Shown here in pieces: positions 30,359 through 40,286 of a DNA stretch of 64,000 nt. The stretch spans positions 75,413-139,412 of the forward strand of contig CALMGJ010000010.1 in assembly GCA_937863565.1 (NCBI GenBank). Direction: 5' to 3'. The translations under genes and the position numbers were made by a program. Every line of letters starts with the position of its first letter. The first letter of the stretch is position 1. A model generated the notes under the pieces. It did not search any database and was not told the origin of the DNA. It saw nothing but the letters and a program-made list of their open reading frames with translations. Origin of the DNA: an uncultured bacterium (GTDB lineage: Bacteria > AUK180).

Positions 30359-31319
30359 GATCGAGAGCTTCCTTTTCGAAATTTACGCCGACGAGCTTGG
30401 AAAAACCGATATTGACCTGCCGGTTCCAATCCGTAACGGCCGCAGGAGGGACTTCGTTGATCTTGAGCCCGTACTGAAGCATTGTCTTCACGGCCTCGTC
30501 ATCAGTTTTATATATCTCATCCTGCATCCTCTGCCCGATGGACGTTGCGGCCTCCATCATTTTATCTTTGTATTTCTGAGGGATCCTGTCCCACGCCCTT
30601 TTAGAGAAAATTACAGCCCCGATGAAGGGCGCCCATCTCATTGCGCACATATTGTTCGCCAGGCCGAACCACTGATATGAAGCGGCATTGAGGGGAGAAG
30701 TGGCCAGCGCTTCCGTCATTCCGCTTTGGAGCGATGTCATGATCTCTGTGGACGGCAGGGGAATCGGATTGAAACCCTGCTCCTTCCATGATTGAAGTTC
30801 ATTGGCATCACCCTCCCATACCCAAAGTTTCAGTTTTTTAAGATCGTCGGGATAGACAACAGGTTTTTTACTGAAGAAATGGACCCATCCGATATGCGTC
30901 CAGACAATGATCTTGAAACCTTCTTTTTCGAATTTTTTCTCGAAGTATTCCTTCATTTTCCCAAGTACATGGAAAAGTTCTTCATTGGTCTCGATCTTCC
31001 GGGGCATTTGAATCGCCATGATTTCTTTAACGATCCTGCTCAAGCCCACGCCGGTAAGGCCGGCCGCGTCGAGCTGGCCCACGCGCAGCTTCCGTATCAT
31101 ATCTATCTCGTCCCCGACAGTTCCTCCGGAATAGATCTTCATATTGAAATTCCCTTCCGTTATCTTCAGCCATTCCTCGGAGATCTCCCTGAGATGTTTG
31201 TCCCATGGCGATCCGGCAGGGGAGAGACTGCCGAGCTTCAGGACGGTCTCGGACGATGCTGTCATCAGAAAAGCTATGAAAACGGTAAGTACAAGACATT
31301 TTCTCATATCACACCTCAA
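30318..31319 (-). CDS. TRAP transporter substrate-binding protein (DctP family)
   Basis: Signal peptide, LKLGSLSPAGSPWDKHL N-terminal motif typical of DctP family SBPs; 333 aa. Confidence 0.85.
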   Translation of the reverse strand: MRCDMRKCLVLTVFIAFLMTASSETVLKLGSLSPAGSPWDKHLREISEEWLKITEGNFNMKIYSGGTVGDEIDMIRKLRVGQLDAAGLTGVGLSRIVKEIMAIQMPRKIETNEELFHVLGKMKEYFEKKFEKEGFKIIVWTHIGWVHFFSKKPVVYPDDLKKLKLWVWEGDANELQSWKEQGFNPIPLPSTEIMTSLQSGMTEALATSPLNAASYQWFGLANNMCAMRWAPFIGAVIFSKRAWDRIPQKYKDKMMEAATSIGQRMQDEIYKTDDEAVKTMLQYGLKINEVPPAAVTDWNRQVNIGFSKLVGVNFEKEALDLVDKYLNESRNKK

Positions 31320-32230
31320 TCTATAAGGAAATAGTCGTCCATATGCGCAAGAAAATATGCGGCCCTTCTTTTGGCCAGAATGTTCTCAAGCCTTTCGGGA
31401 GAAGGCATTTCCGTATCTATGGCAAGCGTTCTACCAAGAAGGTCCCTGAATTCGGCCGCGTTCTGTTCGTTCACCGAAACGCTCAAAGCAAGGGCAAGAT
31501 AGATCGAACCCTTTTTCCCGCGGGAGAGTTCCACGGCCCTTTTAAAATGCTCTCTTGCCTTTTCGGGGCTGCCTCCCATGGCCGGAGGTATGCTGCCATA
31601 ATAAGTTACAAAGAACTCATGAATGCCGCCGTTATTGAAAGTCTCGTCCAATTCCAAGCACCGCTTCAGGATCTGAACGGCATAACCGGATGAAATGGAG
31701 AGTTCCATGTCGAATTTATCGCAATTGAAAGCCCCCATCCACGAGAGCGCCAGCCAGTAAAGTTTTTCAATATCCTTAACACCGAAAGCAGAAAGTGTAG
31801 AGCCGGGGTTATCCTTCAAACTGTCCAAAAAATTCTTATTTTTTAACGGAATCGACCTTAAAAGATAATCCTTCGCCCTCAGATAGAGCTTTTTTGCTCT
31901 ATTTACCGCAGTTTCCTTCTCCTGGAATCTCATACCCTCAGCCAATTCTGAAGGCGTGTAAACAAATGCGAACGAATACATGGCATACGCTTTTCCGGCC
32001 GCCAGCAGGAGATCCTGATCATCAGGCAATTCCGCTATCAACGCATCATAGGTCTTGAGGAAAACGGGCAAACTTTCACCTACAAGTTCGAGATCGTTCT
32101 CAGCGGCAAAAAGGTCGCCGGAACTTCCGGACAGTGCCTTTGAGACGTTCTTTAAAGCGAATTTCTTGACCGAACAGGATGAAAGGGCTAAAAAGGTTAT
32201 TGCTATAAGAATAATTGACCGTGTTCTCAT
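31316..32230 (-). CDS. TRAP-associated TPR lipoprotein (TatT family)
   Basis: Lipoprotein signal MRTRSIILIAITFLALSSC, TPR-like helical repeats, directly upstream of and co-oriented with DctP/DctQM. Preferred start is 32230 with AAAGAGGT RBS (ORF tracker 32371). Confidence 0.7.
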   Translation of the reverse strand: MRTRSIILIAITFLALSSCSVKKFALKNVSKALSGSSGDLFAAENDLELVGESLPVFLKTYDALIAELPDDQDLLLAAGKAYAMYSFAFVYTPSELAEGMRFQEKETAVNRAKKLYLRAKDYLLRSIPLKNKNFLDSLKDNPGSTLSAFGVKDIEKLYWLALSWMGAFNCDKFDMELSISSGYAVQILKRCLELDETFNNGGIHEFFVTYYGSIPPAMGGSPEKAREHFKRAVELSRGKKGSIYLALALSVSVNEQNAAEFRDLLGRTLAIDTEMPSPERLENILAKRRAAYFLAHMDDYFLID

Positions 32231-32547
32231 GAGTACCTCTTTACAATTATTATACCATAAAAACGAAAAATTCCGCATTATTTTATTGCGATTGCTCGAT
32301 AAAGCGCCCTTGCCGTAACAGAGAAGCGTTTTATGTCCATATGCGGATCTCGTATCTTTTTCATCTGTCAATTCCTCCTATCCTAAACTATCCATTGATC
32401 TGTGTGCATTTTTTTTACTCGTTAATCCTTCAATTGCGTAATAAAAAAGATATTTTTATTATTCATTCTTCGTATTTCAATGTTCATTTTATTTTGTTGT
32501 AACCTTTGCCGTCCAGAGTCGTTATATTAGTAAAGCGGAGGTTGAAT

Positions 32548-33123
32548 ATGAAGACGAAGATCTTTCTACTGATTGCTTTACTTATGATGACGAGCATTAC
32601 GCTCACTGCTGCAAAGCATCCCTGCAAAGAGGGTATGCCCGATCCGGGACATCCCTGCAAAGAGAGTATGCCGGGCGAACCCGGCCCCTGCTGTCCCAAC
32701 GATGCTCCCGACGGACCCGGTCTTAATCCCGATTTCGGAGCAAGATTGAAAGAGCATCTTCAGCTTACCGATGAGCAGCTCAAGAAACTTGAAGCTGTAA
32801 GGCTTGAACTCCAGAAGGCGGCCGAAAGGATCAAGATCCGTATCGAGAAGAAAGAACTCGAGATCAAAGAAGTCATGATCGAAGATAAGATAGATTTCGA
32901 TAAGATCAAAAGTATCTTAAAGGAGATCAACGACCTGGAACTTGAACTGAAGCTCAACCGCTGGGACCATCTTCAGAAGGTTGAAAAGCTGATATCTAAA
33001 GAGCAGTTTGAGAAATTCAAGATGTTCTTTTTCAGAGCAGGCGGAAGGGATAAAATGCCGGGAAAAGATGGGAAAAAAGTAATTATTAAAAAGCAGATCA
33101 AGGACAAAAAAGTAAAAAAGTGA
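32548..33123 (+). CDS. Periplasmic ZraP/Spy/CpxP-family protein (LTxxQ motif) with Cys/His-rich N-terminal repeats
   Basis: Signal peptide MKTKIFLLIALLMMTSITLTA; duplicated HPCKE(G/S)MP motif plus PCCPND; LQLTDEQLKKLEAV (LTxxQ); Lys-rich tail. Start ATG 32548 with GGAGG RBS. Confidence 0.7.
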   Translation: MKTKIFLLIALLMMTSITLTAAKHPCKEGMPDPGHPCKESMPGEPGPCCPNDAPDGPGLNPDFGARLKEHLQLTDEQLKKLEAVRLELQKAAERIKIRIEKKELEIKEVMIEDKIDFDKIKSILKEINDLELELKLNRWDHLQKVEKLISKEQFEKFKMFFFRAGGRDKMPGKDGKKVIIKKQIKDKKVKK

Positions 33124-33134
33124 TCACGGGTAAT

Positions 33135-33170
33135 GGCGGGGCTTTAAAAGGCCCCGCCTTCATTTTTTCT
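33135..33170 (+). terminator. Rho-independent terminator (convergent gene pair)
   Basis: GGCGGGGC-tttaaaag-GCCCCGCC followed by TTCATTTTTTCT. Confidence 0.8.
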
Positions 33171-33627
33171 AAAGGGCGTTCTTAGGCCCTTTCTCCTTTT
33201 CAGGTTTTTTCGGGTTTTCGCATTCGTTCTCTATTTTCTGTATTTTATCTTTCAACTCGATCTTAAGTTCGATGAAAGCATTCTTCACTTCTTCCAGGAA
33301 CTGCTGGAACTTCTCTTTCTTAACGGTTTTTATCTCCTGTATCCGCATTTCCGCTTTTTTATCGAACACGATCACAGGAAGCAGCGGAATATCCAATGTA
33401 AAAAGTCTCCCTCTAATGCGAATCTTCTTGCCTGACTTGAGCGTTCTCTGTGTTATCAGGATAAGTGTGTTGCCGGCATCATCCTGGACCTTTACGGCAT
33501 TGAATTCGCCTATAGCGGATATCTTCGTTATTCTGCCTTTGAAGGAGAGTTTCTCCCTTTCCTCCGCATAAAGGGAAGAAAGAATGAAAAGCATTAAACA
33601 AAAAAAGAAAGCATATCTGGTCTTCAT
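33169..33627 (-). CDS. Secreted hypothetical protein
   Basis: Signal peptide MKTRYAFFFCLMLFILSSLYA; beta-rich N-terminal half, coiled-coil/Lys-Glu-rich C-terminal half. Confidence 0.55.
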   Translation of the reverse strand: MKTRYAFFFCLMLFILSSLYAEEREKLSFKGRITKISAIGEFNAVKVQDDAGNTLILITQRTLKSGKKIRIRGRLFTLDIPLLPVIVFDKKAEMRIQEIKTVKKEKFQQFLEEVKNAFIELKIELKDKIQKIENECENPKKPEKEKGPKNAL

Positions 33628-33712
33628 TATCCGCCTCCATGGAGAATTCTATTGAAAAAGAATAAAAAAATCAAGGGAAAAGTGCATTATTGCAATAATG
33701 TTCAAAAACCTG

Positions 33713-33741
33713 TTGAAAAAAACATGATTATTTGCTATAAA
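33713..33741 (+). promoter_or_regulatory. Sigma70-like promoter (TTGAAA-17-TATAAA); the -10 overlaps the first ATG of the downstream ORF
   Basis: TTGAAA at 33713–33718, 17-nt spacer, TATAAA at 33736–33741. Confidence 0.45.
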
Positions 33742-34106
33742 TGCTTATGGTATACGAAAATTCCGATCTTAACAGAAATATCGAAGAACTTAATAAAAAA
33801 GTAGAGAAGATAGAGAAGTACTTGTGTAAACTGGCGGAGTTCCTCGAGAAACTCGATGCCGAAAAGATCGGCAAGAATGTCAAGTATAACCTGGCCATGT
33901 ACGAGTCCAAGATCAAGGATGAGGACAAAGCGGATAAGATCATTAAGACCTTCCTGCAGGGACGCTTCCAGACCTGCGAGATATGCGGAAGGTTCAAGTT
34001 CATAGAAAATCTGACAGACAATCACGCTATTTGCGAAAAGTGCCTTCAGAAATACATCGCCCACGGCACTACGATCGAACAGGCAAAAGCACTCGAAAAA
34101 AAATAA
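33741..34106 (+). CDS. Small coiled-coil protein with C-terminal CxxC…CxxC zinc-ribbon
   Basis: 121 aa; CEICGRF…x14…CEKC. The true start is probably ATG 33747 (possibly leaderless). Overlapping minus-strand ORFs are judged spurious. Confidence 0.5.
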   Translation: MLMVYENSDLNRNIEELNKKVEKIEKYLCKLAEFLEKLDAEKIGKNVKYNLAMYESKIKDEDKADKIIKTFLQGRFQTCEICGRFKFIENLTDNHAICEKCLQKYIAHGTTIEQAKALEKK

Positions 34107-34127
34107 CGGTTCTTTTTAGGAGGATTT

Positions 34128-35351
34128 ATGATCGACCTTTTGAAGAATTATTCCATTAATGCCAGAAGAATGAAAAAGTCCGCCATCAGGGAACTTCTGA
34201 AACTCACCAATCGTCCGGAGATAATCTCCTTTGCCGGCGGACTTCCTGCCCCTGAAGCCTTTCCTATAGATGAAATGATAGATCTTGTGGAGGGCGTATT
34301 AAAGAACTACGGCAAGAAAGCGCTTCAATATGGTCCCACTGAGGGCTATCCGAAGTTCGTCGAACAGCTCATCAAATGGGAGAAGGAACAGAACGGCATC
34401 GATATAAAACCGGAGAATCTCTTGATCACCACCGCCTCTCAGCAGGCTCTCGATCTCGTGGCGAAGATACTCATAGACCCGTCCGATCCCGTTATCGTAG
34501 AACGGCCTACGTACCTTGGCGGGCTTCAGGCATTTAATCAATACGGCGCTAAGTTCATCGGCGTACCCATGGACGATAATGAAACGGGCATCAATATGGG
34601 AAAACTCGAACAGACGCTTCAAAAGCTCAAAACGGACGATGAACATTATAAATTCGTGTACATCGTTCCCGATTTCCAGAACCCCACGGGTATAACGATA
34701 CCTCAGGAAAAGAGAAAAAGACTGATCGAGCTGTCCGAAGAATTCCAATTTCTTCTCATCGAGGATTCACCCTACAGGGAACTGCGATTCGAAGGCAAAG
34801 AACCTGAAATGATGTACAAGATGGACAATACGGGAAATGTGATCACGCTCCATACGCTGAGCAAGACCTTCGCTCCCGGTTTGAGGCTCGGTTGGATAGT
34901 AGCCCATGAAGATATCATAGATAAACTCAATACCGCAAAGCAGGCCACGGACCTGTGCACGCCTTCTTTCACGCAGGCGATAGCGGCGGAATTCATGGCA
35001 AGGGGACTTCTTTTGGAGAACATTAAAAAAGTAAAGGATCTTTATAAGAAGAAAAAAGACATCATGCTCGACTCGTTCAAAAAATACCTTCCGGAAAGGA
35101 AGGATATCACCTGGACAAGGCCTGAAGGCGGACTGTTCCTCTGGCTTACATTGCCCGGATATATGAACACATCCACTCTCTTCGAACAAGCCCTTGAAGA
35201 AAAAGTGGCCTATATCGTCGGAGAGGCCTTCGATTGTTACGGGGTGATGAAAAACGCCATGAGAATGAACTTCTCGTATCCTTCCGAAGAGGAGATAGTC
35301 GAGGGTGTGAAAAGGCTTGCTAATCTGATCAAGAAAAATATTAAAGACTGA
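34128..35351 (+). CDS. PLP-dependent aminotransferase (class I/II, ARO8/LysN-like)
   Basis: KSAIRELL…FAGGLP N-terminus, SKTFAPGLRLGW Lys-PLP motif; 407 aa. Confidence 0.85.
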   Translation: MIDLLKNYSINARRMKKSAIRELLKLTNRPEIISFAGGLPAPEAFPIDEMIDLVEGVLKNYGKKALQYGPTEGYPKFVEQLIKWEKEQNGIDIKPENLLITTASQQALDLVAKILIDPSDPVIVERPTYLGGLQAFNQYGAKFIGVPMDDNETGINMGKLEQTLQKLKTDDEHYKFVYIVPDFQNPTGITIPQEKRKRLIELSEEFQFLLIEDSPYRELRFEGKEPEMMYKMDNTGNVITLHTLSKTFAPGLRLGWIVAHEDIIDKLNTAKQATDLCTPSFTQAIAAEFMARGLLLENIKKVKDLYKKKKDIMLDSFKKYLPERKDITWTRPEGGLFLWLTLPGYMNTSTLFEQALEEKVAYIVGEAFDCYGVMKNAMRMNFSYPSEEEIVEGVKRLANLIKKNIKD

Positions 35352-35366
35352 GAAAAGGTACTGTTC

Positions 35367-36815
35367 ATGAAAGAATTCGGCTTATACGCGCTCGATATCC
35401 TGTCGTCTAAAAAAGTCACGTACGGCGATATTAGGATCATAAGCACGAAAGACCAGAACATCGTCATACGCAACGGCCAGGCGGAGTTCAACTCAAAAAG
35501 AAGTTCGCTCGGGTTCGGTATCCGCGTTTTCTACGACGGAGCCTGGGGGTTTGCGGCGAGTTACGATCTTTCGAAAAAGTCAATCGGCAGGATCGCTGAA
35601 AAAGCGATCGGGATAGCAAAGGAATCGTCCAGATATAAAAAAAGCAAAGTAGTGCTATCGCCCTACGATGCATGCGATACGGCCGATTTCGTTTCACCCT
35701 ATAAACTCAATCCTTTCGATATTTCCGAGGAGGAAAAGCTTGCGCTTCTCATCGGGGCATCCCTTTCCATGAAGACGGACCCTAAGATCCTTTACGGCAT
35801 ATCGAATGCCAGCTTCAGGGAAGAGGATAAGCTTTTCATGTCCACCCATGGTCAGGAAATACGGCAAAGATTCGTTCAGACGGGTGCGGGGATCACGGCG
35901 ATCGCTTTCCATGAAGGCGAGGTCGCCAAAAGATCCTATCCCGCCTCCTTCGGGGGGGATTTCCGCAATGCCGGTTGGGAATTCGTGAAAGAACTGGATC
36001 TTCAGGGCAAAGGGCCGGTTATTGCGGGAGAAGCCGTGGAACTGCTCACTGCTCCCGGGGTGCCCCATACAAACACCACGCTTGTTCTCGAAGGTTCGCA
36101 GCTGGCGCTTCAGATACACGAATCCTGCGGGCATCCCACTGAGCTCGACAGGGTGCTGGGTTTCGAGCGGACGCTGGCAGGCACGAGTTTTTTGACATTG
36201 GATAAACTCTACGATCTCAAATACGGTTCGGACATCGTAAATATCACTTCAGATGCTACGAATACGGCCGCTCTGGGGGGATTCGCCTATGATGACGAAG
36301 GCATTCCCGCTCAGTGCTCCTTCCTTGTCAAGGACGGGCTCTTCGTGGGATATCAGACCTCGAGGGAAACTGCTCCGGTGATCGGCCAATGCTCAAACGG
36401 TTGCATGCGTGCCGACGGATACCACAATATCCCTCTGATCAGGATGACGAGCATAAACCTGCTTCCGGGAGAACATTCATTCGAAAGCATCATCTCGGAA
36501 GTGGAGGACGGTTTCTATTTCGCATTGAACAAATCCTGGAGCATAGACGATAAACGCCTGAACTTCCAATTCGGCTGCGAGATAGCCTGGGAGATCAAAA
36601 AAGGCAAACTCGGGAAGATATTTAAGAATCCCTCTTATACGGGGATAACGCCAGAATTCTGGGGTTCCTGCGATGCGATCGGCTCGGCGGAACACTACCG
36701 GATCTGGGGAATACCCAACTGCGGCAAGGGAGAACCGTCGCAAACGGCGCGTGTTTCCCACGGCGCATCCTTCGCACGCTTCCGCAATGTAGAGGTAGGA
36801 GTTTCCCAATGGTGA
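35367..36815 (+). CDS. tldD: TldD-family metallopeptidase (pair 1)
   Basis: HExxxH motif QIHESCGHPTELDRVLG; Gly-rich C-terminal GxC…GKGEP motif; 482 aa. Confidence 0.88.
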   Translation: MKEFGLYALDILSSKKVTYGDIRIISTKDQNIVIRNGQAEFNSKRSSLGFGIRVFYDGAWGFAASYDLSKKSIGRIAEKAIGIAKESSRYKKSKVVLSPYDACDTADFVSPYKLNPFDISEEEKLALLIGASLSMKTDPKILYGISNASFREEDKLFMSTHGQEIRQRFVQTGAGITAIAFHEGEVAKRSYPASFGGDFRNAGWEFVKELDLQGKGPVIAGEAVELLTAPGVPHTNTTLVLEGSQLALQIHESCGHPTELDRVLGFERTLAGTSFLTLDKLYDLKYGSDIVNITSDATNTAALGGFAYDDEGIPAQCSFLVKDGLFVGYQTSRETAPVIGQCSNGCMRADGYHNIPLIRMTSINLLPGEHSFESIISEVEDGFYFALNKSWSIDDKRLNFQFGCEIAWEIKKGKLGKIFKNPSYTGITPEFWGSCDAIGSAEHYRIWGIPNCGKGEPSQTARVSHGASFARFRNVEVGVSQW

Positions 36816-38122
36816 AAGAAAGACTTAACGGGATAGCAAGAGAGATCCTGTCCGCTTCCGATGCGGATTTTACGAGAGTTTCCATCTCGCTATCCGAAAC
36901 GGATCTTACAAGATTCGCCAATTCCGAGATACATCAGAACGTTTCCCAAGAGAATATCGGCATAGGGATAGAACTGGCCTACGGCTCGAAGCACGGCTTC
37001 ACTACCCTGGACTATCCCGATCCCGAACTTATAAAAAGCGAAATCAAGGCGCTGAAAGCGCTTGTGATCGCGGGGAAGGACGATCCGGAATTCTGCGCTG
37101 CGAGAGGGGAGAATCACGAATACTCGGAGAAGTATGACGAAGAAACAGCCTCTCTCGGTCCGAAAAGCATGGCGGATATTGCAGGCGGCATCATCGCAAG
37201 GACGAACAAGGCGGGCCAGGAATCATTCGGTTCATTAAGCTTACGGAGGGAACACGAACTTCTCGCTAATTCCTTCGGCTCGAAAGCGTTCTCCGAAGCG
37301 ACGGTAGTGGAGCTCGTTACGATCCCCGTGAAGAACGAACGGACTACTTATAATGAATTCTTCTCCCACAGGATATCCGATTATTCTGAGGAGGCTCTTC
37401 TTGCCGCACCGCTTTCGCGGATGGACCTTTATAAAAATTTCAGCGATCTCAAAAGAGGGAAATATACCGTCCTTCTCGAAGAGATCGCAGTATCGGATAT
37501 CATACGCTTTTTTAACTATATGGTATCCTCCGGCCGCATGCTTCATGAGAAACAGAGCGCGTTCTACGGCAATATGGGCAAGGAGATCACCGGAAAAAAT
37601 CTCACTCTTCACGATGATCATACGGACCCTCGGACCGTGGGAAAACCTTATGATTCCGAACTCAATACAAAAGAGAGGATCGTGCTCATCGAGAACGGCG
37701 TGGCCAAAAACGTTGCGTTGAACGAAAAATATTCCAAGCTTCTCGGGATGAAGAACAACGGGCATTCTGTCATGGGAGGCCAGAACACGATGTGCGGCAA
37801 TCTCCGTCTGGAAACGGGCGATGCGCCAAAGGACGAGATAATATCCGGCATTGAGAACGGGCTTCTGATAACGAGATTCCATTATACCAATGTGCTGGAT
37901 ATGAGAAAAACCATATTTACCGGAATGACAAGGGACGGCATGTATATTATTAAAGACGGAAAGCTCACGGGAACGGGCAATAATCTCAGGTTCACGATCA
38001 ATATACTGGATGCGTTCAAGAACATCAAGGCCCTTGGAAAAGAACTTGTCTGCATCGGCGGCGTTTCCGTTCCCTGCCTTAAAATAGAGGATTTCAATTT
38101 CACTGGGGAGACGAGATTTTGA
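36809..38122 (+). CDS. TldE/PmbA-family protein (pair 1)
   Basis: PmbA/TldE architecture without HExxxH; overlaps tldD by 7 nt. Confidence 0.82.
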   Translation: MVKERLNGIAREILSASDADFTRVSISLSETDLTRFANSEIHQNVSQENIGIGIELAYGSKHGFTTLDYPDPELIKSEIKALKALVIAGKDDPEFCAARGENHEYSEKYDEETASLGPKSMADIAGGIIARTNKAGQESFGSLSLRREHELLANSFGSKAFSEATVVELVTIPVKNERTTYNEFFSHRISDYSEEALLAAPLSRMDLYKNFSDLKRGKYTVLLEEIAVSDIIRFFNYMVSSGRMLHEKQSAFYGNMGKEITGKNLTLHDDHTDPRTVGKPYDSELNTKERIVLIENGVAKNVALNEKYSKLLGMKNNGHSVMGGQNTMCGNLRLETGDAPKDEIISGIENGLLITRFHYTNVLDMRKTIFTGMTRDGMYIIKDGKLTGTGNNLRFTINILDAFKNIKALGKELVCIGGVSVPCLKIEDFNFTGETRF

Positions 38123-39012
38123 GCGAGTTCATAAGGTCCCTATTCGGCGATTCGCTTTCCGAAGCCGTAAAAAGCCCGGTCTTTATAAAGATCATCCAGA
38201 GTTTTTTCATCATGCTCGTCTTCGGCGGCGTTTCCTTCATGTTCACATCGCTGATCGGGAAGGGAGTGAAGAACAGCCAAGCGCGCTACAGGGCCGTGAA
38301 ATATGTCAATGTATTCTTCTCCGTCCTCATCATTGTCTGTATCTTTCTTATTTGGATATCCATGCTCCGCTCCGTGGCCATAGTCCTCTCCGTGATATCC
38401 GTAGGGCTTGCCCTTGCGCTTCAATCGGTCATCCTTTCCTATGCCGGATGGCTTTATATAATAACTCGGAAATCCGTGAAAGTCGGTGACCGCATCGAGA
38501 TAAACGGCCTCATCGGGGATGTGATCGACATCGATCCCTACAGCATCACGCTTCTTGAAATAGGTAACTGGGTGAAAGGAGAGATGTCCACGGGCCGGAT
38601 CGTGAAACTGCCCAACAGCGCCGTGTTCCAGCATCACCTGTACAATTACACGCATGGCTGGGATTTCATCTGGGACGAGATATCGGTAACAATAACTTTC
38701 GAAAGCGATTTTAAAAAAGCCGAGGCGATATTCCTCGATATCATAAAGGATTATGCCGCGAAATATCAGGAAGAGATAAAAAAGACCATAGATGAACTCG
38801 GGAAAAAATACCTTATCTATTTTAAATTCTATACCCCGAAGACCTTTGTTTCAATAGAATCCTCGGGCATTCAGGTAACCCTGCGCTACCTGGTCAACGC
38901 GCGTGAAAAACGCATGAAGAGGGACGAGATATCGCGTGAATTCCTTCTTCGGATTGGTCCGGAGCCGGATGTGAATCTGGCATATGAAACGCGCAGGATC
39001 GTCAAGGATTGA
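38119..39012 (+). CDS. Small-conductance mechanosensitive channel (MscS family)
   Basis: 3 TM helices followed by beta-domain VKVGDRIEINGLIGDVIDIDPYSITL; ATGA-type overlap. Confidence 0.85.
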   Translation: MSEFIRSLFGDSLSEAVKSPVFIKIIQSFFIMLVFGGVSFMFTSLIGKGVKNSQARYRAVKYVNVFFSVLIIVCIFLIWISMLRSVAIVLSVISVGLALALQSVILSYAGWLYIITRKSVKVGDRIEINGLIGDVIDIDPYSITLLEIGNWVKGEMSTGRIVKLPNSAVFQHHLYNYTHGWDFIWDEISVTITFESDFKKAEAIFLDIIKDYAAKYQEEIKKTIDELGKKYLIYFKFYTPKTFVSIESSGIQVTLRYLVNAREKRMKRDEISREFLLRIGPEPDVNLAYETRRIVKD

Positions 39013-40235
39013 ACCGGATCCGGCAGTATTTCGCGAATTTCATTTTTGAAACGAAAAAGAAGACCGCACTGTACAGGCTTCTCATGCTGCACTCCTTTTT
39101 CGAAGGTCTCACTCAGGGTATATTCCTTCTGCAGGAAACGATAGCGAAGAAATCGCTTTCCGCAACGGATTTTCATGTGACCGTTCTTACGATACTGATA
39201 CATATCGGTCTCGTTTTCTCCATCTTTTTCGGCGTCTATTTCAGGGGAAGGAAGAAAGCCCCGGGCTATGTTGTGGGCCTGCTGGCCGGCAGGCTTATTT
39301 TTCTGTTCTCATTCCTGATAGGGAATATCTATATTTTCATCGGGTTTGTATTCCTCTATTATTTCTCAACATCGGTCATTTCTCCCGGCATAAACAGCGT
39401 ATTCAAGAACGAGTTCAAGATCACGAACCGGGGGAAGCTGTTCTCGATGCTGCGCGCCGCAATGTCGCTCTCCGCCATGCTCTCTTCTTATATTGCGGGT
39501 AAATATCTGGACCTCACGCAGAATTACAGGATCGTGCTGATCGCGGCCGGCATTTTCGGAGTATTGTCCTTTTTGATGCTCATTGCAGTCGACAATACGG
39601 CCGATTATTCCAAGATGCGAGCAGCCGGACCGGCAAAACCGATGCCACTGGACAGGGATTTCCTTCGGTTCGAGGCCTGCTTCATGACATACGGGTTCGC
39701 ATTCATGATAATGCTCCCGGCCGCGCCGATCTACCTTATAGATAAAATGGGTTTCAGTTTCACACAGATGGGATTCGTAAAAGGGGCAATGGCTCAGATA
39801 TTCTTCATCATGTTCATCCCGTTCGCCGGCGCCGTTTTCGACAGGATGTCGCCGTGGAAGGTCTTCCGCAACAGCCAGATCCTTCTTTCCCTTTTTCCTC
39901 TCGGATTTCTCCTCGCCGATACTTTTTTCCCGCATAGAACAGTCATTTATGCCGCATTCCTTTTCTACGGAATGGGGATCTCGTCAATGACCGTGTTGTG
40001 GACACTTGCTTCCATCTATTTCGCAAAAGGCGAGGATTCGAGCTATTATCAGTCCGTACATGTGGCTTTTACGGGCGTGAGAGGCCTGCTTGCTCCCGCT
40101 TTGAGCTATTTTCTGTTCAGGACCTTCTCGTTCAGAGTGTGCTTTATAATGGCCGCCGTGCTTTTCCTTGCCGCATTCGCGATGGCACAATACCGCATTC
40201 TTGCAGGAAAAAGAACTTTTATCGCTTCTCAATAG
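39009..40235 (+). CDS. MFS transporter
   Basis: 408 aa, about 12 TM helices, typical MFS loop motifs. Confidence 0.75.
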   Translation: MNRIRQYFANFIFETKKKTALYRLLMLHSFFEGLTQGIFLLQETIAKKSLSATDFHVTVLTILIHIGLVFSIFFGVYFRGRKKAPGYVVGLLAGRLIFLFSFLIGNIYIFIGFVFLYYFSTSVISPGINSVFKNEFKITNRGKLFSMLRAAMSLSAMLSSYIAGKYLDLTQNYRIVLIAAGIFGVLSFLMLIAVDNTADYSKMRAAGPAKPMPLDRDFLRFEACFMTYGFAFMIMLPAAPIYLIDKMGFSFTQMGFVKGAMAQIFFIMFIPFAGAVFDRMSPWKVFRNSQILLSLFPLGFLLADTFFPHRTVIYAAFLFYGMGISSMTVLWTLASIYFAKGEDSSYYQSVHVAFTGVRGLLAPALSYFLFRTFSFRVCFIMAAVLFLAAFAMAQYRILAGKRTFIASQ

Positions 40236-40236
40236 G

Positions 40237-40264
40237 TTGAAAATCTTTGAATTTCTGATATACT
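40237..40264 (+). promoter_or_regulatory. Internal sigma70-like promoter upstream of ferritin-like gene
   Basis: TTGAAA-16-TATACT, then CAGGAGGT RBS and ATG 40287. Confidence 0.45.
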
Positions 40265-40286
40265 AAATGTAAACAGGAGGTAGAAT

